Assembly (NCBI RefSeq): GCF_009914755.1
Contig: NC_060929.1
Origin: the human T2T-CHM13v2.0 reference genome, Homo sapiens
Length of the DNA stretch: 64,000 nt
Direction: 5' to 3' (one strand)
The translations under genes and the position numbers were made by a program. Below are positions 26,119 to 40,104 of the stretch, piece by piece. The first letter of the stretch is position 1, and every line of letters begins with the position of its first letter. The notes under the pieces are model-generated. The model was not told where the DNA came from, ran no database searches, and worked only from the letters and a program-made list of their open reading frames with translations.

Positions 26119-27313
26119 CTGTTGTACATACTAAATGCTTTAGTCCTTTTTAGTTTCTACTGCACCATTCCAGATAAAAGATTAAAGCAGAGGTATTGCA
26201 AAAAGTATGTTTTCATATGTTATTAAAATTTAAACCAAATAAATAGAATAGTGCACTAGATAAAATTTGCTATTGTATTTGACCTTATGATTTATTTTAG
26301 TAATACCTCATTTGAACTACATGATATATGGAGAAGTGTGAGACTGGTAATTGTATCTCAAAGGCTATAAGAAGCAAAACTTACAGGTAAACTTCTTTGT
26401 GACTATGCCCATAGTATCTGTGAGAAAAAATTTACAAGAGATTTTCCAGTTTAGGCACAGACTTATACATATTGGAATGGATAATTTTGATCAAAGAAGA
26501 AGGCTTCATTTTGATCAATGAAGGCTGCCCAACCTCCAGATTCAATGGGCATTCTTCAGATAACTTGGGAATGTCGTCACAATGTAAGATAAACTTGAAT
26601 GCCATATGGCATATTCTAAATATGTCTGGAGTGATATATTTAGAAATATATGTGCATTAAAAGAGGCACTTCTGATTCCCAAGGGGAATAGCTGTATTGT
26701 GAAGATTAAATTAAGTATCATCATTTGAGGGACAAATCAGCTACAGTTAAAGGAAGCAAATTAGAGAATTTTCTACCCAATGAACAACTTTCCTTAGTTG
26801 TCATGCTATTTGGTATTAACACAGTGATATCAGCTGTAATCAAAAACAATAAGTCCTGCCTAGATAAATCAATCTTTCTAGAAAACATGTAATCTTGTTT
26901 TATATATTTTTACATTAGATACAGCATAAACCAAAAATCTCCCTATTTATGAAATTTCCTTTTTAAATAATGAGCTCTGCTAACCAACTGGTATCCACTT
27001 TTGGAGGCACTTCCAACAGAAATACCTCCTTATGTGAACTGGAATTTAAACATTTCAGTCCACTTATTTCTTGATTCCTTTATTTGTAGTCACCTGAACT
27101 TATATAACTTACCCTATTCATAGGTTTATATTTTTGAGGCTTATCTATACAATTTTAAGCCCATGTTAAAGGTAAATGGGTGACTTAAAAGCAAATTTTC
27201 CCAGCCTTTTATCCAGGTTTATTGTCATTGTATCCAGTGTTGCTTATTGTCATTTAATCCATTGTGTTCAATTGTCGTCATATCTATTATATAGAGAAAT
27301 TGCTAGGAAATTG

Positions 27314-27630
27314 AAATGCTGATACAATTCAATATAGTATCAGTAATTCAATTTTTGAATGTACCTTAGGACATTCCACTGCATCGACTTTGGACTTTTT
27401 TGAGTACCTTTCTACCAATAAGTTTTTTACCCTTAGTAAGAATTATTAATATAGTTTTTTATCCTTAGTAAAAATTATTAATTAATATATTAATATTAAG
27501 AATTATTATAATTCAATATAAACTATATTGAATATATCAGCTACATATTGAATTGTACTATATATTGAATTGTATGTCAGCTATATAGTGAATTGATACT
27601 ATATTGAATTGTATCAGCATTTATACAATT
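27314..27630. repeat. Perfect 29-bp inverted repeat enclosing tandem and hairpin sub-repeats
   Basis: aaatgctgatacaattcaatatagtatca at 27314-27342 is the exact reverse complement of 27594-27622. Confidence 0.92.
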
Positions 27631-27783
27631 TATGTAAGGAAGCTATTTATAGCTCTTAGAGTGGTAATATGTGATTTAAACAACACACATTCACACTTCT
27701 ATATAAAATACAGAATGAGAAATTTCTGGAGGATGAGATGATTATAAACACATATCTAATTTTCTTTTCTTATTGTACTGCAG

Positions 27784-27816
27784 TGATTTTCATACCCAGC
27801 TTTAGGAATCTATATG
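27784..27816 (+). other. Candidate 33-nt exon
   Basis: Branch point ctaat 27756-27760, pyrimidine tract tttcttttcttattgtactgcag| and donor ATG|gtaaga. Confidence 0.45.
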
Positions 27817-30800
27817 GTAAGAGTATAATAATAATGACTGGTGCAAAGCAATGGTGAAAATGTTGGCATAAAGAGATATATTAAAAAAACAAAAATTGGT
27901 AATTAATAATTTTAATTCAACATAATGAAAAAACAAAGTGAAGTCAATTTATATTATCCCAAACCTATTGTTACTCAGTTGCTTTGAAAGTAATAATTAG
28001 AAAACAACCAGGGGAAAATTCAGTATTTTATATGCAACTGAAGAAAACTTTAAACCCATTTGAAATAAGTGACTAGACTTCATTGGTTTGTAGGTTTCCA
28101 ATAAGTGCATTATAGTATTTGGTATTTACTGAAATACAATTACTTAAGAAACAGGTCCAATCCAAGTACAAGAAAGCTAAACATTTACTTCAGAAGTTTT
28201 GCTGTATAAAATTTAAAGTTTAAAATACAAAATTCTGATTAACAAATCACAATAAAAGAGTTATTTCTATTGGTAATAAATTTTAAGTTAAAAAAAGTGT
28301 TCTTATGTAAAAGATAAAGTGATTATTAAGAAAATTTAGCCAACTTCTATAAAAAATATAAAAAGTATAGATTGGTTCATTTGCTATTCAGAAGAGAGGA
28401 CACAAAACAGTATAGATATTTTCAATCATATTTGTGCAATTTAATACAGTTGGTCAACATGTTGAGTTAGTTGGCACATCTTTTGCTAAGGTCATTAATT
28501 TCAAGTTGTGCCTTATGTCCAACTTTGAAGCCTGTGCTTTATTTCTCCATATGAATACATTTGCATTAATCTAAAACTTCTTCATCTTAAAGCTCCAACA
28601 GAAGTTATTTGTTTTCCTTTAGGTCTTATCCTTCTTGTTTAAAATGCTTACTCTGCTCAATGTTACTGTCAGACATTTTGCCATTGAAATATGTGCTGCC
28701 TTGCTCTGAAATGTGTTTTCATAGGTTCATGCAGGAAACTTCTAGGGCTATAGGAAATACAATGTCATCTTTGGTTCATTGATTCTGGCCCTGTAAGACT
28801 TTGTCATATGAACGTCATTATATACATGATTATTATTACACTTCTGCTAAGTGAAATTGTAACTCTGGCATTTGCCTTACCAGAAGTAGAGACTTTGAGT
28901 AGGCAAGTACCATTCAAAGGCTTCCATGGACTTGACCTATGTCACTTGTTGGCCTACATATGACCATTTTCAATCAGAAACTCTTTACTGTTAAGTAAGA
29001 GTATATTTTTATGATGAAATGTAAAGATAATACTTCAAGATTATTGAATATTCATTTTGGGGATTACATTAGCTTGGCAAATTCTTTTTGGAGAGTGAAT
29101 TTTGAAAACAGAGAGCTTGAGAGAGAGAGAACATTGCAATACGTATATGGGCTACAGTACTAGTTATCACTAGATATCACCAAAGTTTAAGAACAGGTCT
29201 GAAAAGGGGGAGACGAGCATGCAAAATATGTATTTTAAATGCAAACTCATCAACTTTTAAATGCTTAATATTCTTCCACTTAAAAATATTATATCACTTA
29301 GTAGCATAGAGTGATAGATGATTACATAACCACTCTCTGTGTAATTTGTATACTTCCTTTCTAAATAGAGTTCAATCCTTTCAATTTACTTGATCCTGAG
29401 CAAATCTGAGGGTTGATAATGGGTATAGATTAATCCAAATGCCCATGATTTTTGAAGCTATGTAAGTTACTTAGTCTATGTATTAGTAGTTGTCAAAAGG
29501 ACATTTAGATGCCTAGTGCTAGATGATAGTCCACAAAACTGGTTTTCTTATCTAGTGAGTTTTAAACAGCAACTTTTGCTAGGGTATCTTTGTTATTTTG
29601 GAGAAGGAAAATAATTTCATTCAGGATAGTAAAGTTCTGGCTTTAAATGGCAATCCAAATTACCAGATGACCTTTAACTGAATCCAAAATTAAGTCAGAA
29701 GTAGGAGAATCATGGGTATTTGAATAATATTTCACATCAGTGACTATTAATTTATTCTTCAAACTTGGAAAATAAGACTTCTTAATTTTGGATTTTATAG
29801 ATTATTTGCCTTCTCACAAAATCACTGACCTAAACATGGTGTGAAAATTTTAAAAACAAGTTTTGATGAACTAGGAAATTCACAATGTTTTTGCTATGTG
29901 ATGATTTACTTCCTACAAAAACTGGCCTGTGTTTTATAATTTTATAAAACCAACATTCATTGTTATTTTAACTTTAAACTTTGGTCTATACAGGAACTGA
30001 AAAACTGTAAAAAGATATTCACATTTTTTAATACTAAGAATATATACCCCAGAGAAGGGGGCTTTCACTTCCGCACATAACTAAGTGCAATTTAAGCAGA
30101 ATGTATGCTTTTAATTTAACACATATCTAACTTTGCAACTTAAATATCTGACTAAAATTTGTCTGATAAATACAAAGTAATACTTTTGTAGCATCATACT
30201 TGGGGTGGCTTACCCTGTGTGATAGGAATGATCTCCCTGTCCTAAACATGCAGTAATTCAGGGTCCTGATCCATATTTAATAAGACATTATTAATACAAG
30301 AGTTTACTCTTTATAATGCAGTTTATATGTTTAAGATTTGAGTCCTACAATCTAGATTACATGCAAACAAATTGTAGAATACATGTATTTGCTTTTCCAG
30401 ACTTATCTGTGTAGTTTCAAAATGTCAGATACATCTAGTTTACTGTGATTCAGTGAACTATTCTTATAGGCTGAACAATGCAGTTAAAGAAAAATGCAGA
30501 TAAAACACTGCCACTTAACACATCACTATACTGGTTAAAGTTTGAAACATTAATCAAAGCACACTAAACACTTAATTTGGAATGTGTGGAAGGACAAAAA
30601 GATCTCTAAAAATTGATTGAAGGACGAAGAGTCTAGCACCGGAGACCTATAATCATGATGGCTTGCGCTGCAAGATGCTGATCATTGCCATAGTAACAGA
30701 CTGTGTTTTGTTACATCATGGAAATCAGGAAAATGTGAGTTATGAGTGCAACATCCCACCGAGGGGACAAATTCAAAGCTATTATAAGAAAGGGTAATAT

Positions 30801-31349
30801 AAGATGTAGTCATAGGTAAAGATGAGCATTTTGAAAAGGGTAATTACAAAATCACACGAAGATAGATGAGCAGCTCATGAAAATTCGAGTCTACTTTTGT
30901 AAGTGAGGCTTTTATTTGTAACCATTCTTAATCATTGTTATCACTGGCTTATTTTCTTCTTCCTTTTGTGAAATAAGACACAAGAGCAAACAGCTTTGAA
31001 AAGAAATTTCAATTTTTTTACTTGTTTTAAATCCTAGGAGACTCTATTTTCTACTGTTATCAATTCAAAGAGAAATATAAAAGATTTTTAACTTTCATGT
31101 ATTGTAAATATTGCACTCATCAAATATTCAACTGTACTTATACTGTGGGGTTATAGATGTCACATATGAAAGGTCCATGTTCCAAGCATATGTACATGTA
31201 TTCCATTATTATGAAGCATGTTAGACTCAAATGTGTTGATACGTTACTAAGTACAGTGTTGATTTGTATAGGAAACCCACACTGAAAAAATAAAACCTTA
31301 GGATATTCAGAATTACATTTCTAATAGTGGTGGTATAATGTCAAAGTGG

Positions 31350-31930
31350 ACTGATGTTGCCACAGGTAGCAATAATAAAATCTAAACATAATACAATAAG
31401 CAGATGCCTGAAGGCACTGGGGAATGAAGAGAAGCAGGCAGGTGTGGAACACAAATTCTGGTGGAAGCTGTATGGTGTATTCCCCTGTAGTTTCAGTTTG
31501 AGGGACAGGAGCAATGAACACACATAGAGTTGGGATGGAGGTAGCAGGGGAAAGAGCACAGTTTGCCTGGCCTCAGGAGCCACAGTTAGAAGTCAGGGAA
31601 ATTCAGCCTAATTGAAAATAGGGTGAGATACCTATGACAACATCTTGTATTACATCTTGTATTTTTTTTCCTGTAAAGGCCAGAGAAAAGATCTTAGATT
31701 TCTGCCTGGCCAAGTCTAGGGCTGATCCTTGAATCATGCATGAGTGGAACAGAATGAGAGAAACTCAGAGATAAAAGATCTGAATGGAACCAGGAGCTAC
31801 TCTCCAAGAAACATTTTGCATTTTGTAGTTATTCAAATTAATTGCCTGCTAAAACAAAAGAAACATTTCTTACAGAAAATAACAGATTTCAGAAGTTCCA
31901 GTTGTTAATATTCATGATGTCTAAGATGCT
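31350..31930 (+). mobile_element. Ancient L1M (L1MC/ME-like) 5' region fragment
   Basis: taattgcctgctaaaacaaaa...gaaaataacaga...atattcatgatgtc resembles the L1M region upstream of ORF1. Confidence 0.55.
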
Positions 31931-32244
31931 GCCAATAGATAAGTTTCAAAAAATGGTAAAATCATGGGCTTCATAGAGATGAAAGTGAACACAAATGATT
32001 TTACTTATTCATTTATTCTATTAGTTAGATATTATATCTAGTTCAAAAATATATCAGGAATCTTGAAATAAATGTTCAAATGGAGGCAAAACAGATTTTT
32101 TCCCCCACAGCAGAGAGTGAAGTCAATTGAAATTTTACCAGACAGGGGAGAATTCACAGGTTTATAGATCACTTATGCTTTGCAGAGCTATGAAATAGCT
32201 CAAAGATGATGAAAGGTTAAAATCAGAAAACTATGCAAACTGGT

Positions 32245-32672
32245 TGTATTAGGCTACTCTCACATTGCTATAAAGATATACCTGACTGGGTAGTTTATGA
32301 AGAAAAGAGGTTTAATTAGCTCATGATTCTGCAGGCTGTATGGGAAACATGGTGCTGGCATCTGCTCAGCTTCTGGGGAGGCCTTGGGGAAACTTACAAT
32401 TACTGCAGAAGGTGAAGTGGGGGCAGGCACATCACATGACCAGAGCAGGAGCAAGAGAGAGACAGCAGGGAGGTGCGACACACTTTCAAATGACCAGATC
32501 TTATGAGAACTCAGTCACTATTGTGAAGACAGTACCGAGGGGGATGGTGCTGAACTATTTATGAGGAATTTGCTCCCATGATCCAATCACTTCCCACCAG
32601 GTCCCACCTCCAACATTGGGGATTACAATTCAGCATGAGATTTGGGTGATGACACACATCCAAACTGTAGCA
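32245..32672 (-). mobile_element. MSTA solo LTR
   Basis: tgtattagg...catggtgctggcatctgctcagcttctggggaggcc...cacatccaaactgtagca; TSD ctggt/gtggt. Confidence 0.92.
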
Positions 32673-33511
32673 GTGGTTTAGCCAGTTTGGAAAGAAGTTT
32701 GCAAGGTTGTTTTCTGGAGACAGAGCCACCTAGGCTGGAGTTCAGTGGCATAGTCTCGGCTCACTGCAACGTCTGCCTCCCGGGTTCAAGTGATTCTCCT
32801 ACCTCAGTCCCAGTAGCTAGGACTACAGGCACCCGCAACCACATCAGGCTAATTTTTGTATTTTTAGTAGACACAGGGTTTCACAATGTTGGCCAGGCTG
32901 GCCTCAAACTCATGACCTCATGATCCACCTGCCTTGGCCTCCCAAAGTGCTGGGATTACAGAGGTGAGCCACCACGCCTGGCCACAATTTTCTTTTATAA
33001 ATTTAAATATATACTTACTTTATGACCTATGCATGTCATTCTGAGGTATTTATCCAAGAGAAATGAAAACACATGTTTACACAAAAACAGGCATATGAAT
33101 GGCCATGTAAGTTTTATTTATAGTAGCCCCAAACTGGAGAGTACCCAAGTGTCCATCAACCAGTGAATAAATAAACCCTTCTGCATTCATACAGTGAAAT
33201 GAAACTCAGTAATAGAAAGAATGAGCAATGGAAACATCAAACAGCACAGATGAATCTCAAAATTATTTCGCTAAATGAAACAATCTAGACACAGAAGACT
33301 AGATACTGTATAATACTATTTATCTCAAATTCTATAAGAATCAAAATTTGAGTTACTATAAACAGATTGGTGTTGCCAAGAATTGGGAATGGGAGAGTAT
33401 TCATTGCAAAGAAGCATGAGAGAGTCTTCTTGGGAGATGTAAATGCTCTATATTTTATTGTGGTAGTGAATTCACAACCATATATACTTGACAAAATTCA
33501 ACAAAGAGCAC
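32673..33511 (+). mobile_element. L1ME/MD-type 3' end, split by an Alu
   Basis: ggtatttatccaagagaaatgaaaacacatgtttacacaaaaac; gatgaatctcaaaatt. Confidence 0.8.
32708..32983 (-). mobile_element. AluS (Sg-like)
   Basis: ggccaggctggcctcaaactcatgacctcatgatcc; short tail and small deletions. Confidence 0.88.
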
Positions 33512-33967
33512 TGCTATGGTTTAATGTGCCCCTCCAATATTCATGTTAAAACTTAATCCCTACTGTGGTGGTATTGAGGTAGGGCCTTTGGGGAAGTGAT
33601 GAAGTCATGAGGATTCTGGCCTCATGAATGGAATTAATGACTTTAAAAGATGCTTCAGAGAGCAGTTTGGCCCATGCATCTCATCGGCAATGTGAGGACA
33701 CAATGTTTGGACCCTTATCCTTTGTAGAACTCAGCAACAAGCCACCATCTTGGAAGCAGAGAGCGAGTCCTCACTCAACACTGAATCTGATAGCACCTTG
33801 ATCCAGGTCTTCCCTAGTCTGCAGAACTGTGAGAAATGTATTTCCATTATTTATAAATTACCCGGTCTGTAGTATTTTGTTCTTGCAGTAAGAATGAACT
33901 AAACAGAAATTAGTAGTGAGAAGTGGAATGCTGCTGTAACAAAATGCCTACAAATGTGGAAGCGGCT
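33512..33967 (+). mobile_element. MSTD-like LTR (33512-33905) plus start of the internal region
   Basis: tgctatggtttaatgtg...ccatcttggaagcagagag...actaaaca, then gaaattagtagtgagaagtgg...gctgtaac. Confidence 0.8.
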
Positions 33968-34006
33968 TGTCGTGGTGAATACTGAGTGTCAACTTGATTG
34001 GATTGA
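33968..34006 (+). mobile_element. First 39 bp of an MLT2A (HERVL) LTR
   Basis: tgtcgtggtgaatactgagtgtcaacttgattggattga versus recalled MLT2A start tgtgatggttaatactgagtgtcaacttgattggattga. Confidence 0.7.
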
Positions 34007-34658
34007 TAATACTTCAATACAACTAGATTTTTAAAAATACTTGCATTTTTAGGTTGTTGATGTTGAAACAACATACAATTTAATTTTAACTTTAAATACA
34101 CATAAATTGATGTACTGCATTTATGGAAATTATAGAGAAGATGAATTTGTACTGATTATAAATGAGATGATCTATAACATTACAAAATTGTTATTTAGTA
34201 CATAAAAGCAGTTTTAATGTTCATCCCATCATTTCAGCAATGTTTGTCTGAAACTAAACATTCTGCATAAATTAGCAAGAAAACTACAAAGTTGTACTCA
34301 TATGTTGTATAGGTAGCATTTTAATTCTACTAAATTCAGCCAGAAATTATTGAAACAAAAGTGTTATCTGAAGCCTCATTCATTTTAATCATTGAAACAT
34401 ACTGAAATTCATTTAATTGCTGTCTTGTATTTTACTTAAAATGAATAAAGTAATGCAGGAAACATTTTAGCAGCACATAGTCCAGTTTTCACACAATTGT
34501 CTTGAGAAAATAACTATCATAATTGAGCAAACCTAATAAAAATAGGCAGGGTTTATTGTCAGAAAAAGTCTAAGTTTGAATCCCGAATTTATTCCCATGT
34601 GATGTAAGAAGATTTATCTTAATGTATTAAATCCTAGTTTACAACATTTAAAAAGGGG

Positions 34659-34807
34659 GCTGCAAGGAATGCAGACGGCATTGTGAAGCTGGAAGAGACA
34701 GGTACCAGAATGTCCCTTGGAGCCTGCAAAAGAAACCAACCCTTTGGACATCTTGACTCTGGTACAGTGAGATAGTTTAAAATTTCTGATCTCCAGTCCT
34801 CCAGACT
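34659..34807 (+). mobile_element. MLT1D-like LTR 3' fragment
   Basis: caaggaatgcag...gaagctggaa...gagcct...acatcttga...cagtgaga...ttctgatctccag. Confidence 0.7.
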
Positions 34808-34812
34808 TACTG

Positions 34813-35284
34813 GCATATTATTTTTCAATTGCTTCTGTAACAAATACCACAAATATTGATGTAAAACAGCACAGATTTATTATCTGAGAGTCTAGAGGCC
34901 AGAAATTTAAAATCAGTTGCAATTTACAGCAGGTAGGTGTCCATAGGGCTGGTTTCTCCTGGAGGCTTCAGGAAAGAATCTAGTACCTGTTTATCCAGCT
35001 TCATGAGGCCACCTGCACTTCTTGGTGCCCTTGTTTCCACCTTCAAAGCCAGCAGTACAGCATAGTCAAATTTCTTTCTCTCTCATTCTGAATTTCCTGC
35101 TTCTCTCTTATCAGAAACATTGTGATTACACTGGGCCCAGTGGGATAATCCAGAATAATCTCTTCATTACCAAATCCTCAATTTAATCAGATTTGCAAAT
35201 TTTGTTTTGCCATGTAAGGTAGCATATTCCCGTGTCTGGGAATTAGGACAGGAACATTTTGGAGGTGCAGTCTCAGCCTACCAA
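34813..35284 (-). mobile_element. MLT1D LTR
   Basis: gtaacaaataccacaaa; cttcaaagccagcag; ttgtgattacactgggccc...gataatccag; ttttgccatgtaaggtagcatattc. Confidence 0.85.
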
Positions 35285-36424
35285 CCACCCTGAATTGTGC
35301 TATCAGTTGAGCTTTCTGTGGTGACTACCAAAGACAAGGGCCTTGACCTCACGAACTTCACAGTAGGGCAGGAATTTTAATAAATCCTAGCAAGGTGATG
35401 TAGGACAATAAATAATGTATGGCAAGTGGTAGACACAAAACCCTTACCTAGTTAGTAATATTTAAAGAAAGAAAATGAGAAATGCAATGCTTTGCATAGT
35501 CCACATTAAAAAGTAATATTAATTTAAAAATGGAAAGTAATTAAAAATGTTTCTGTAAAACTTATATGGAGAGATGAGAACGATAGCAGAGAATGCCATT
35601 CCAGTAGTAATTTTTATAATTTTTTCTGGTTAAGATTAAAGCAGGAATGTGTTTATGTACAATAAAATTAAGGAAATATATGTAGCAGATTTTTTTGAAT
35701 ACGTTTTATTGGCAGAATCTATTATTTACCCAAACATTGGTATGTAAAAGATAGATCTACAATTTGGAGGATAAGCCCATGAGCCTGAGAGAGCCTACTC
35801 AAAATGGTTGGGAACCAGCACTCAGCATGAGTTGGGCCACAGTATAAGCTTTCTGGGGTACTGCTCTTTTAAGAGCAAAGTAGTTTGTGATGTTCTGGGT
35901 GAAGAACATGGAAGAAAATGTTAAGGCCCAATGAAACATCAATTAGCTGACAAATACATGTAATCAGGGGTGTCATGGTGACGGTGCTAACAAGAGGAAA
36001 ACAAGAGTCTCCAGGAGTGCCACTGCCGTATTCAACATTTCAGTTAAGTCATGATTTGAACAGCTTTGCTGTTAACATTGAACAAAGTGATTTTCTTTAC
36101 CAGAGATTTTTTTTGACAGAAATCTGTGTTTTCAGCCAATTTATTCAAATATATAGAGATAATTGCACCTGTACTTTTTAAGATATCTTGTGATTTCTTA
36201 AGAGTAAACTCCAAAAAAATTTTATTGCATTGAAGGGTCATCGTTTTAATGAGCTTTCAAATTATTCTGACACTTTTTTTTTCTTTTTAACAAATTAAGA
36301 ATTTTACAAGTATCTTGGAAAATTTGATGATACATACATTTTATTCTGCTTTCCAGTTGGTTTTTGTGTGTTATGAAGCCTGGATAAATTGTCCTAAGAT
36401 ATTTAGTAGCCCTAGAAAGAATGT

Positions 36425-38150
<1,726 letters not shown>

Positions 38151-38749
38151 AAATTTAGTTCAAGGAGTTTTTTTTTTTTTTACAATTAGAATGTTTCTAA
38201 CTGATATCATTTTGTAAGATCACTGTGTAAAAATTAATTTTTTCTTTGTTGTTCTCTTTTCAATTTTATGTACAATTAGATTTTTATTTTTATGGTTATA
38301 TTTAATTGTATTCCTCCTATTCTTAATTTAATTTTGTTTTATGAATATGTAAAACAACAAAATCAAAATCAAAACCATAGTAAAACATATCCTTATAAAG
38401 GTTTTACTTCACTTTTTAGAATTAGATTGTGAATCTATTTCGGGTCACTTCATTATGATGTAAAGTAAGGATTAAAATTCACCTATTATCAATTAGCTAT
38501 CCTTTTGTTCAAGTACCATTTATTGAAAAATCCAACTTTTTTTGATTGATTGCAAACTATTCATATACATGTTCATGTGACACTTTTCTGAATTGGTCCA
38601 TATCTGTATACTACTAGTACAAACATGCTTAGTTTATTTTAACAGATGAGTAAAACCAATGTAAATTTATTGACATAACTGATATCTTTAATCTGAAACT
38701 AGTCTTTGTCTCTATATATATTTAAATATATATGTATAAATGTACAAAT

Positions 38750-40070
38750 ATTCTCCTTTGATTTCTCCATATTATACTTTTAAAAATGTTTCTATATTGT
38801 TTTGGTATTCAGAAAGGTTTCATGTTTTTTATTCTAATGCTTACCTTTATATTAAGACCTTATATAATACTGTAAGTCCCAGTTATTATTAACTAGTTTT
38901 CTACTCTATGGATTTCTGTTTTATCAGATATTCTTTGACACAAACCTATTAGCTATGGTGTAGTCAGTGAGGTTATCTTACTATACAATTTTTCTAAATT
39001 TTCTGCTCATATCTTGTATTTCTTTTCAGCTTGAGCATACAATATTTATTATTCCACTTTATCTCCACTTTGTTTTAATCTTATATCTGCTAATAAATAC
39101 ATGAATTGCTTACTGTTAGTCTTTTTGCTAAAATTTTCCCCACTAACATTGGGGTGTCAAAGTTTGTTCTCTAGGAAATTTTTTAAAAAAAACGGTTTCA
39201 GAATATGGCATTTATGGAGTTACTGCATATATAAAACTCATTTGCTAAGACCTTGGTGCTTGAAGTACAGCTTTGTCTAATACATAGTTCTTGGCTTACC
39301 CTTTTCATGTTTTAATTTCTTGCAAATCTGCCTCATTTCATTCTTGCAAAAAGTCTGATACCAAGTTGATTTTTATTTTCTCCTCCTCTAATTTCATTTT
39401 TCTTGGTGGGGTGATAAATGACTTAGCATCTTTTTCCTGGTGGACCTGACAGTTTTTGTTTGCTTGTTTGTTGTTAGCTTTAAAGTCTGATCATTTTATT
39501 AGGGTAGGATATATCACTGAGATGACCATTTAAGATTAATTTCCCTAGATATACTAAGAACGCATTCTATATGGAGGTTCAAGTCTTAATTTATTTGCAT
39601 AAAGCTTTCTTAGACAGTTTTAAATATATGTCCTATTCCATTATTTTGTTTTTAATGGACTCTATGCATATTACATAGCATATATTCTTAACTTACATAT
39701 CGATCAATAAATCTTTTCACTTCTTTGTTTCACATTTTTTTAACCTCGTTATTTCCTTCTCATTGTCTCAACTGTTGACTTTCTTCACTGACCCCCATAA
39801 TTTAGTCATTATTTCTAAGATTATTTGGAGTTATTTAAAATTTCTTAATTTATTATAGACAGTTGTTAATTTATATCATCTTATTTCTTCTATTATCAGT
39901 TTTTGACACCGTAACGCAAGGCGTTCTATAGTATGCAAATTATTTGAGGAGTTTTTTTGTTACAATTTTCTTCTGCTTCATGCGGAAGACTTTTACCAGC
40001 TGAAATGTTATTTATCATTTTCTGTTTTTTCTCGCAATGCATTTGTACGAATGATTTTCATCAATAAAAG
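38750..40070 (-). mobile_element. HAL1 or ancient L1 ORF1-like remnant
   Basis: gagttactgcat...cttgaagtacagctttgtct...tcttggctt...aagtctgataccaag resembles antisense HAL1. Confidence 0.55.
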
Positions 40071-40104
40071 TGATGTGCGGTTATGGTGAGGATTTGGGTT
40101 AGTT

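Noticed and set aside
27400-27630. Repeat-spacer pattern resembling a CRISPR array
   Set aside because: Units are irregular, in both orientations and low-complexity; there are no unique spacers or cas genes, and the DNA is human.
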